Below are positions 11,001-22,048 of a stretch of DNA of 64,000 nt, piece after piece. The stretch's first letter is position 1; every line of letters starts with the position of its first letter. The DNA is taken from NCBI RefSeq assembly GCF_008831285.2, contig NC_045138.2, positions 13,392,001 through 13,456,000 on the forward strand, written 5' to 3'. Source of the DNA: Nymphaea colorata (taxonomy: Eukaryota). The notes under the pieces were generated by a model. That model had not been told where the DNA came from. It saw nothing but the letters and a program-made list of their open reading frames with translations, and did not search any database. A program made the position numbers and the translations under genes.

Positions 11001-14000
11001 TAATGCATCTGAGCCCCCCAGATCTATTGTTCTGGAGTTCATATCATCCCACATGAATTCTTCTTCCTCAGAGTTCTTCCAATTTCTTGAAATGCCTCTA
11101 CCACTGAAACTTGATACAGTTGAACCTGAATTCAGCTGAGGCAAAGTTTGGGCAGATCTTGAAGCTCTGTAGTTGTCATAGGAATTGACTCCACCCCGTG
11201 GCGGTAAGTTTGCCATATCATAGCCATTCCTTTTACCAAATGTGGCACTTGTTTCACTGTTTTCTATTCCTCCATACCAAGCCTGATCGCCTCCATCCCC
11301 CTCAATGTCCCTCTCACTAGATCTTGTAATTCCCTTGCCTTGAAGGCTCACAGAATCAGAACTAAATTCATAGTCTCCATTTCCCAAGTCTGGTTTCTTA
11401 CCAAACAAAGACTCAACAAAATGTTCTCCCCTTTGAGGACGTTGCATGCTCTTGAAACAGATGGAAAGAGAATAATCAGAACTTGTCGTCTTTGAATGTT
11501 TCCATTCAGCATTATTGTAAACAAGTTCCAAAGAAGTGAATAGAAGGACAAAATCTTGAGTATCATAAGAGCAGCATCACAACTTACAGTAGCAAGCATT
11601 TAACAGATATCATGATTTTTTTTTTTGGCTTCTCACAAAAAAGAAATGGAAAAGTTAACTTCTACACAATCTCCCCATTATGATACTCTTAAGTTGAACT
11701 TCTCATGCTTTATATCATGGTTTCCTAATAATATGTAAACTTAACAAGAGCATTTTAAATGCTAAAAAGCTAACCCTCGTAAAGCTACGTCACTTAGCAT
11801 GAAAAGCCAAAATATGACAGTGCAAATAGCACAAAGATCTACCCCCCCTAGAGAACTGACAGACAATCTTATCAATTGCTCAGCTGGACACATGCATGAA
11901 TGAAGCAAACAGGAAGCTTCATTCTCAATATCGTCTGCAAAAGAGTTGATAAAATGGAACAAGCACTAGTAAAGTTGATTGGAACTATGCAAGTTGGAAA
12001 ACTTATTGTCCAACAATAGAGATATCTCATTAACAGACGTCTGTTATTGTCTGAGTGTAAAAAAAAATATGTAACACTGGGATAATACTAGTCCCAATAT
12101 GCACCGTACTCAAGAGCACACATCATGCAGGCCAACATTCTCGTGAGAAAACCAGAAAGACAAAATAAGCAATGATTTTTCTTGCCAGAACAGACGAGAA
12201 AATTACATACGGCCACTTTAGCAGGAGCTTCTATCCATGGCTTTGGGCTTTCAGAAAGAGAGGTTCGTTCAGGCCTTTCTGCTCCCTCCAGCAGTAAGTT
12301 TCCATTGTTTTCAGTTTCAATTCCTCTAGACTGCAAAAGATAGATGAATACAAAGTATTAAATATAAAACTTGATAGGAAAAGGGTCATCCTGCACTTTA
12401 TATTCAAAGCTGCAAGCATGACCGAACATCACAAACTACAAGCACAGTATGTAATAATCCATTCACAAAATTGTAAATCCATGGCTTATGCAAAATGAAT
12501 GGGAGAAAAAGGTAAAATTTTCATTATCACATACTACTTGATCGAAAATAATGATAAGAAAAATTCCAAGGCTTTGAGGGATTGGAATTTCAGTCACAGC
12601 TGGCTTGGCAATAATTGCACTGCGGAGTCTGAACATTATTTACTCACCACATAAGATAAAAGGAGAATTAAAATATTTGTTAAAACTTAAAAGGATATGA
12701 AGGTTTTAACTTTTAACTCAGGGATAGGGTTATCTACGTTGAAACCATCATATCTATACATATGGACAAGGCAAATGAAAAAACACTCGTCCAGAATGAA
12801 AGTAAGAGCTTTTTGTGGCCATCTAGAAATGAACAAATATTTCTCCCCAGATATACATACTGTATTCTTTCTACTGCAAGTCTAAGAAACCTCGCTGCCT
12901 TATGCTTCTTCTGTTTGTAAAAAAATACAAACAGGCCATATCAAAATTGACATTTAAGAGTCCATTGTTGCACTCTGGCCATTAGCCTGAGTGGACAGAG
13001 GAATATCAACACAAATATTCATCTTGTCTCTACAACCTCCGCATATGCATAAGAACTAAAACTAATGAGCATAGAACTCCAAAGTCCAAACTAAGGAAAC
13101 ATCGAAGAAGCATGACAAAGAAGATGAATCCAGAAAATATACATCGAAATAACTGGAGGACATTGTCACTTGATTATTTTCATTATAAGTAGAGGGAGAA
13201 ATTACCCTGCCTGATTGAAGACGCTGCCTTGCTTCCAGGTACTTGGGATTTACATGGATACCATGTCCTGGGCGCTGAGATTGAGAATCAGACCTAGATG
13301 CAGGGACTCCAGAAGATGAACCATTTACAGGAGGAAAATTAAGGTCCTGTTCAATGGCACGAAGTGGTGGAGGAGGGAATACACCTTTCCAGGTCCTAAA
13401 GAGATGCTGCATACTAGGGTGTATGGTTGTATCAACCTGTCTGTAGGCTTTACAGAATACCTAGATTGAGCAAGACATATTTTTGTTAAGAATCAAAGAA
13501 GTGAAAGCAACCATGATAAAACTAAATGCATTTAGCTTTATTGAGAAGAAAAAAGATGAGCCAACATGCCGAACAAAAGTTCCCTTTAGACTTAAAAAAT
13601 AAAAATATTTAACTTTAAGAGATGTGAAACCTTTCTAGAATGATTACTTTGACAAACTTGAAGGATACTTCTGATTTACATAAGAAAATGCATAATCTGC
13701 AGAAACACTTTAAGCATTCATTGACAATCTGAGACAAAGCAAGTAATACAAAGCCTCACCTCAGGAAGCCTTGCAGCAAAATATTTGACATATTCCCCTC
13801 CAATGTTCTTTACAATACTGTCTAGAAGATACAGAGAAGGCAGCTTTTGCTCACTAGGAACCTGTAAGTTTGGCTGGAAACTTCAGCTTTATAGTAATGT
13901 GTAAATACAGAGAATACAAATTTGGTGTAACAAACAAGAGAATGCTATGAGGAATTTACTTATAACTTACGTTGATGTTAATAACTATGGTAAAAGCCAA

Positions 14001-15980
14001 TAAGTGGAAAATAAGTTCCTACCCACTTATCCATCAAAGAAATAAAATAAAAGAAAAGTGCTATTCCATAAAGAGTAAACATCATCCGATCTCCTTTACT
14101 ATTGAAGCACACCCACTATCAGCACCAATTTTAGTTTCTTACACTACAATTCATAAAGAATATTGAATGAATAACACATTACTTTTGGGAGAATACATAA
14201 CTCAAGAATATATGATCCGTCCAGATAGCCAGGATCAAGCGAGATAATGAACTTTTGCTATTCCTGGAACTAGTAGTATTGGTCTTAAATTTACTTTTGC
14301 TTTGTCTTCCTCAAATGCCATTACAGAAGCAGGATATGCCCATTTGTCTACAGAACCTGGAAACAGTGCATCATCCTCTACTGCAACCAAAAGGCAGTGG
14401 CTTCCATATGCTTCTTTCTCTTTTATTATGGATACCATGACCAGCTGACGTCTTAACTCATCTTCCACATGTGAACAGACAAGCACATGGCAGCATCTTG
14501 AGTCACGCCAGAAGTTTGTTGCTTTGAGACCTATTGGATGGCAACATAAAATTCACCACCTAGAAGAACATTAATTGATCAGCATATCAGAGTTCACCTC
14601 AGTTTTACCTTTGTTAGAGTTGGAGCATCCAGTTCCATTTCATGTCCACTGTCATTGTGAATTCTCTTATATCTTCATAAATGATCATGTTCTTAATAAT
14701 CTAAATTTCTCCCTGCAGCTCGGAACGATGTGATAACAGGGAATTGCAAGCAATTTAAGGTCATTTCTTCAACAATTTCTTCGGCAAACTCACAGAAGAA
14801 AAATTGGTCAAACCAATTACTAGCTGGACTATGACGGTCCAATTTCAAATGCAAAATGCACCGCGTGACATCCACCTAATGGTGTCGTTAATAAGATGCA
14901 ACCAAGATTCATTCCCTTAGAGTTATTAGTTAAGAACACAAGAATGTAAAAGGAACGGTATTTCCCATTCCTATTAGTCAAGACTGACTGATTGTAAGAG
15001 CCAGAAGCAGCAGAAACCATCGTCAATGCAGAGTTGGACATTTCAAGAAAGGATGCTACTGAATGCGCTTTCTGGGAAAAAGGTTTTGGAACCCGCAACC
15101 CAGATTATCGTTTGTTAAAGTAGTAACAATTGTGCAATCAATACATAGAAAATGACAACCAGAATGCTACCTAAGACTCTGATGCCTACGATCAGACGTT
15201 CTTATGTGCATGTATACAGTCCTCCGAAGTTCCGCAGTGTTATTCTCATTAAAGGATTCGACAAGGCCAATTCTCTCACAAGCTCCAGTGTACAGGCTAA
15301 TGAACCATACAAAGGTTGGCCCCGGAAATTCTTACGTTCCGATTGGATCCAACGACATACATACCAGCACAACCAAAAAGGGGGAGGGGGAGAATAAACT
15401 CGAAAAGATGCTCACTTAACATCCAATAAACAAAAAGAAATGCAATTAACAAGAGGACTTGAACAGTTCGATCATTTTGAAAGAACAACTTCAAGAGTAC
15501 AATACCATTATAGAACCAAACATCCCAATAGCTTACGACCATCAAAAAAGACTCAAGTTTCTGTTTTTCCTCGCAGTATGAGCAATCAACGGTAGTGAAT
15601 ATCACCTCTAGAATGTTCCCGCAGATAGTGGCCGAAATTCCCTTTGCGGCATGGGTGTTCTCCCCGGCAATGATCGTAAGGTTCGTGATAATAGGTTTCG
15701 AATTAAAAGTTAGCTCTCCGAGCGCCGCCTTATACTGACTCAAGAGCTCCTGCTGCTGATGGTAAGCTCCTCTTCCCAAGTCGTCCCTTTCCTTCTCCTC
15801 ATCAACAATACCCCTTCCCTTGCCACTGCCTCTCTCCCTGTCGCTCACCCTAAACCTAGGGATGAACGCACCATCAGCGCTGCCAGCCCGATTCCTCTCG
15901 GCCTGCTCAGCCAATCTAGGTCTCTTCAGCCCGAGCTCCCTAGTTTTGTCCGCCGGCCTCCTAGAGCTCTCCATTTCCAT
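8099..15980 (-). CDS. PCFS4: Polyadenylation and cleavage factor homolog (PCF11-like / PCFS4)
   Basis: Exons 15980-15606, 13861-13760, 13460-13206, 12330-12211, 11450-10830, 10345-8288, 8116-8099, all GT-AG and phase 0. N-terminal CID ([48 protein letters not shown]), [19 protein letters not shown], and C-terminal zinc fingers [13 protein letters not shown] and [18 protein letters not shown]. Confidence 0.93.
8318..8455. repeat. Perfect 69-bp tandem duplication inside PCFS4 exon 6
   Basis: 8318-8386 = 8387-8455; the protein shows [23 protein letters not shown] twice. Confidence 0.92.
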
Positions 15981-17052
15981 CCTTAGCAACCCATACTGAA
16001 GGTCTCCGGCTTCAAACCCTACACTTAAGACCTAGCTAATAATCAGCAACAGAAAACCCCGGTTGCATTTGCCCCGATAAGCAGAGACAAGATCCGCCCA
16101 CTGGAGACCAGCAATCTGAACCCCTAATTCGACAGGGATTCGGCAACTGAAGAAGAAGGCACATCTTCCCTGAAGCGCAGCGAGGCGTCGCACACAAGTT
16201 TTTCTTGATGGTGAAAGGAGGAGAAAGGGATAAGAGAGAATGGAATCGATGAGGCTGCAGATAAGAATCCACGTTGAGCGACGAAGACGAAGAAGAGGGT
16301 AGCAAGATGATGAAGAAGCCGTAGCTTGGAAGAGAGAGACGACGGAAGCGGGGGACTTCCCTGTAGAGTCGAGAGAGACCCTGGCGGTCGACATATATAT
16401 ATATATATCTAATCACGCATCTGAATTTTGTGCGATTACTGTGGTTTTCTGGATCCAATCCAACCACAAATATTCAAATTCACAAAATAAAGAGCTCCAT
16501 AACATTGGATTTGAAGACCAGATCTGGTGAAATTTTAGACATGAGCAAACTTGCCTTTCGTCGCTCATGAAATCTGAATTGGACATCATCGTCTGTATAT
16601 AATCTAAAAAATTATTGGAGGGAAATGATCTCAGCCATCCAGGCATTCATTCGCCTTTTCTTCTTTCTCACACTATTTCGCTTACTTTTCTCTTTTCTTT
16701 TTCTTTTTCACAACCCACGTCTTCACTGGATCTTCCAATAAGGAAAAAGACATGAAAAAAAATATTTTTCTTTTTCACAATCATCATCTTCACTCTAAAA
16801 TTAGTAAATATTAAGGTGGGAAAGGACTTTGGAAACCATATAACACACAGGTACACATAATTTATTTTTACTCATTTTGAGTGTTTTCATCAACTTGAAT
16901 AATGATTTTCGTATCAATTATTTTTCCAAATTGAGACATTAACTGTGATTTATATTTTTAAAAATATTGTAGATATAGTGCCTTGTAACCTATCAATTAA
17001 GTTGCACAAACAAATAACGCAAATATGTAAATGCATTAAGTAAAATTAAATT

Positions 17053-17258
17053 TATGGGTACCAATTAGGGGTTTATAGTTCTTTAAAAAGTTGGTATATA
17101 TTTATTCCTGGATGATATATCTTTTTGCTTTGTCCAGTTCTTTAGAAACGATTTATATGGGTACCGATTAGGAGTTTATGGTCCTTTAAAAGTTGATATA
17201 TATTTATTCATGGATGATATATCTTTTTGGTTTATCCAACTCTTTAGAAACGATTTAT
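17053..17258. repeat. Imperfect ~103-bp tandem duplication
   Basis: tatgggtacc(a/g)attagg...ctttagaaacgatttata occurs twice with scattered substitutions. Confidence 0.75.
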
Positions 17259-18623
17259 ATAGAATTTAACACAAAACAACAGTTACGGATCCAAGAGGTA
17301 CCCATCCTAAATCCAAATTGATTAAATCTGACAAAGTTCATTGCCTTCCAAGGCATAGGCATTAAATAAGAAGAGACAAGTGCTCCTACAATACAATAGA
17401 TGTTCTAAAAACACGATGTCTTGTTTTAAGGAACATGATGCAACTATAAAGATCTTTTTATACATTTAAAAATTAGACAGTGGGCGTTGTTGTGTCACAT
17501 GTTTTCAGAAATAACATGTTAATATTTTAATTTGGAGCATATGTTTTGAAACCTAATGTTCTTCCTACGAAACACTCTCTTGTAGTATTAGAAATTTTGT
17601 GGATTCTAATTCACTAGGATTGACATACATGAATTTTGTATGTTAAGTGTCCCTTCACACTCGTATGCATATTGAGACCACTCACTATCTTGGTTCCAAA
17701 TTAACGGAGAGGTCTTGAAAATGGCATTCAAATTGTTGATATGCTCGAGCCAACACAGAAGAGATGATGATATGATGATGTTTCCCGCATTTTTACATAG
17801 AATTACCTTTTCCTGATTCCCTTTTGCCTTTCTATAGAAAGAAATAGTAGAAAAGGGATTTCTATTTGGTCTAGAGACGACTTTTTGGTCATCCCATGAG
17901 TCCGATCGAACATTCAATTCAACGTGTTTGTTTTGTTTAGAGATCATTTAGAGGTGAAGGTCAGCTCGAGTTCCAGACCAGCTACCAATCTGTCCGTCTC
18001 AATCGAAATATTTTCTCCTCAAATATTATAAATTCTCTCAGAAGATGATGAGCCTGTTTGCTTTGCCTCACAATTGAATAGGTAGGAATATGACATTTTG
18101 CTTCGTGAAACTATATCCTAATTGGACAAAATAGATAAAAACAATAATTAGCAACATAGACAAGCGTGACATTGGCAAAATATTATGATGCCTAATCAAT
18201 CAACATACCCAATATTATGCTTGGATCTTGTACTTTATACGATTCAATCCGTAAGCCAATAATATCAAGAACGTTATATATATATATGTATATATGTTCA
18301 GGTCCTAATGTTGGGCTGCATGGTAATTATTAGATTGTCGGCGTTGGGCATGCATGTAAAAACTAAAATCAGCCTTACCTTGTTCTTAATGCAATATGGA
18401 TTAAGGACATAGGAGCCTTTCAATCACCTTTAGTACCAACTTTAACATTCATTAATATCATCATCAAGACAACACTTTCTAAAGATTTGTACTGAAGAAG
18501 TGGCTATAACACACCACCCAACCCAACCCAACCCAAGGGGTAGGCATTACTTGGTACACAAACAAAGAAAAGAAAAGAGAGAGAAAAAAAAAAGGATCGT
18601 AAATGCCAAGTAAGATAGATACA

Positions 18624-21380
18624 TGGTAGGACCTAGCTCCCGTATAGGCAACAGCCCAGTCCTAGCGTCGATCCTACTTCCCCAAGATCCTCGTAGAGGG
18701 TCCTTACGTCTCTAGGGAGAGTTAAATGGCACTAAGCAAGATGATTATAATAGTAATGATGGAAATCAAACTAATCTCAGTCACAAAGACGACCTGACCT
18801 CGATCTGCCGCTGAATCTGGGAGTCACTTGAGTAATGGCTGAAAGAATGACACACCAAAATGAAGAGGACGCGAAGGAATGAGGGGACGCCGGTAAAACG
18901 CTGCTCAATCTTCCTCTGCAATCTGATTGAAGTTGAAACACCAGTTGATACAGTAGATGGGGTGCTGCGACTCAACAGGGAAGATCTCCTAGCTCAGCCC
19001 GCCTGGCTGAGTGCAGTGGTAGCGCACGGATGAGGCCGAAGTGGGTCGGCCTAAGTCACTTGGGCGATGAGAGTTCAACCCAAGGATGCACGCCTCTTGA
19101 ACTTTGTAATGCTGGTTTTGACTTGGGCAGCTCGGTCTAGAGCTGAGGAGTACTCTAGCTACGGTCAAGTGATGGAAGCTCGGTCATTAGAGCCTTGGTA
19201 TATCCTTATGTGAGGCTGGCTTGGGGACAGCTTGGGAAAGAAGGGCTTGGACCGCTTCCTCTACGGTGTGAAGGAGGGATCTAAGGGTGTGAGGTTTAGG
19301 AGCTTGAGATTATGTAGTGAAGTCAAGGATGAGGGCAGTGGGTAAGACAAGGCTTACGGGCTTATGATTGACTAAAAAAAAGTTACTAAAAATGGCCACA
19401 TGGGAAAGGGGCCAAATGAGGGCCCTCCTCTCACGGATGGAGATGGATTCCTAAAAAAAATGGATTCTAACTCAAATGTAGGGATTGGGACGTGAGGTGG
19501 CAAAGGTCTAGGTGATGACGGTTAATTGGGACTCCTAAAACTTTGGATGAGATTCCACCAAATGTGGACTCTTTTGGTAGCAGATTTCTCCAAGATAATC
19601 AAATGTGGCAACGTGGCATCTCTAGAATCATTTGACCCCATTGTAAGAACTCCTCATTGATTCTTAGCCCAATCCTAGCTAAAAAGGTGGAGCTTCCCAA
19701 AGATCGACTCCAACCTCTCTTCACTTTATGCGATACTCAATTTTTGATCAATGGTGGACGTTTTTACCCCTTCAAATGACTAACTCCTTTCGTGGCAATG
19801 AGGGGTAAATAAGACCTTGGGCGTGGTTGCCCAGAAGGTGCAGATGGTAGCCGGAAAAATGGCAGAGGTGGCCGGAAAACCAGAATTTTTCGGTGATTTG
19901 TATTTTGCAAACGCCTTGGCCGTTCTACGCGAAACCACCAGCGTTCTTCTTCTCTTCTCGCGCTGATTTTTCTCCTATGCTTCTTTGTTGGCTTTGATGG
20001 TATTTCACCGTAGAACGTGTTGATGGAATACTGATTTTCTGGTGAAAACTCCAGCAAGTTCTGTGTTTCTCTTTGAAGAAGCTCGGCCCTTACTAGATCA
20101 AATTTGAACTTTCTTTCAACGTTGGCAAGCGCGTCTCCTTTGGAATCCTTCTAAGACTTGTAAAACCTAGTTTAGAAGTGACTTCCGCGCAAAGAAGATG
20201 ATGGAATCTTGGCTGTGACTCAAGAGTTCCAACCCCTCCCTCGAGAGATCCAAAACTAAACTAAGCCAACACGTTACTTAGACAATTCCAAAATGGGAAC
20301 GAACTAACCTTTCTTTCTTGATTCACGTTGGTTTGCTGCGCTACTAGGGATGAAACCGCAGCCTCCTTTGTGCGTCTAGAGCCTCTGACTCCTCTGATAT
20401 GGCAGAGGAATTGCACCCCAGGCTTGCAGATCCGAGGTGAAGTCGAAGTGTTGAAAATCCCCCTAGGGCCGTGGCTCGCCTAGAGGAATCACCGCTCCTT
20501 CTTCTTCAACGTTGGAGATAAATAGACTAGGAGGGGATGACAAGAGAGATGATGGAAGAAGAAGAGAGGAGAGGGAGACAAGAGGGGGAAGAGAGGCCAG
20601 CACGCTGGTCTTAGGAGAGTTGAGGAGAGAAGAGAGACAAGGGAGAGAGGGATTGACGTGAAGAGAGGAGGAACGTGAGGAGAGAGAGAGGCAAAAATCA
20701 AATGATCTAAAATTCTCAAAATTGCATATCCAGTCCCTTGATCCAATTCAATTTATACAAGTGTATTCAAATCTGGATTCCAAACATGAATCCAGCCCCA
20801 AAACTCAAAATGAAATGCATAGACATAATAAAAGCGATATCATCCCAAGTCACAACCCGACTTGGTAAGTAATGAATGGAATTATGCGAATGAATGAATA
20901 TGTAACCAAATCGAATAGAGAAAACCAAACACTAAGTGTAACTCATGAATAAAAACTCCTCTTGAGCCATGTGAGCTCAAGATGGAAACCACTTGCTTAG
21001 CACACCCATCTAGCCTCCTCGAGCTGGGCTCAACTCGACTAGATGACCTCCCTAGACTCGCGCAAACCCGACTCTAAGGACTTGGGTTTTGGACTCGACT
21101 CAAGAACTAAACTTAGGCCTATACTGGACTAAATCCTAGGAATTTGGTTTCCTAGCCCCTGGTTTCTCCATGTACCGGCCTTCCTTGCTCGAAAACCTAT
21201 CCTAGAGCCGTTGCTATTCCACCCTCACCTCCCACTGCTAACGCTCTAGGTTCTGAATTTCCTATGTTCTCAATTGTTGGGACGTTGGACCCAAGAATTT
21301 CTAAGGGTTCCGTCCTAACCTCACTAGTCTCGCTTAACCCCTGCTTAGTCCTAGTGTGGGTCCTAAGTGGGCTCGTATCA
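18624..21380 (-). repeat. 3' LTR
   Basis: Direct repeat of 26517-29273 at a constant offset of 7893; the small ORFs inside both copies translate identically. Confidence 0.96.
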
Positions 21381-22048
21381 AGTCCACCCTCCTTAGATCG
21401 AGCTTGCCCCCAAGCTCGTATTCCTGGAAACTGAGAGACGATCTGATCATATGTTTCCCATGAAGTGCCACTGTCATTTCCTTCCCATTCAACCAGTACT
21501 TCATGGCGAGTACTACCCTCTCTAGTGACCCACCTGTGATTCAAAATTCTTACAGGTCTTGGTGACGAATCAGGTAGAGGTTCTTCTTGTTCTAGCGCTG
21601 GTCCATGATGCGGCTTCAGTCTTGAAACGTGAAAGACTGGGTGAACCTTGGCAGTTGGTGGTAACGCCAAGCGATACGCAGCCTTTCCCATCCTTTGTAG
21701 CACATGAAAAGGGCCATAATACCTTGGTAGAAGCTTCGAATATGGTTGACCCAGTAAGGACTTCTGCCTCATGGGCAACCTCTTCAACCAAACTAATTCT
21801 TCCACCTCAAATTCTCTGTCTTTTCTGCCCTTGTCGTGCGCTTTCTTCATTCTCTCTTGTGCTCTCTTGATATTACGCTTCAATTCTGACAGCACTTCAT
21901 CTCTGTTGCGCAAACTGCAGTCCACTTCGCCATCATTAGCTGTGTTGCCCTCATAGCTAGGAATTCCTGGAGGTGGACACCCGTAAAGTGCTTCATAAGG
22001 TGTCATGCCAGTCCCCGAGTGTAGGCTGGTGTTGTAGGACCACTCAGC
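21197..22048 (-). pseudogene. In-frame continuation of pol: integrase C-terminus with GPF motif and chromodomain
   Basis: Same frame after the TGA: AEWSYNTSLHS..MTPYEALYG..RYYGPFHVLQR..HPVFHVSRLK..PVRILNHR..EVLVEWEG..SWE..FP..AWGQA. Confidence 0.88.
21381..21394 (-). promoter_or_regulatory. Polypurine tract
   Basis: Minus strand AAGGAGGGTGGACT abutting the TG of the 3' LTR. Confidence 0.8.

Noticed and set aside
18781..20746. Small ORFs (64, 97, 85 aa) repeated at 26674-28639
   Set aside because: Incidental LTR ORFs with non-ATG starts and no recognisable domains; they are duplicated only because the LTRs are
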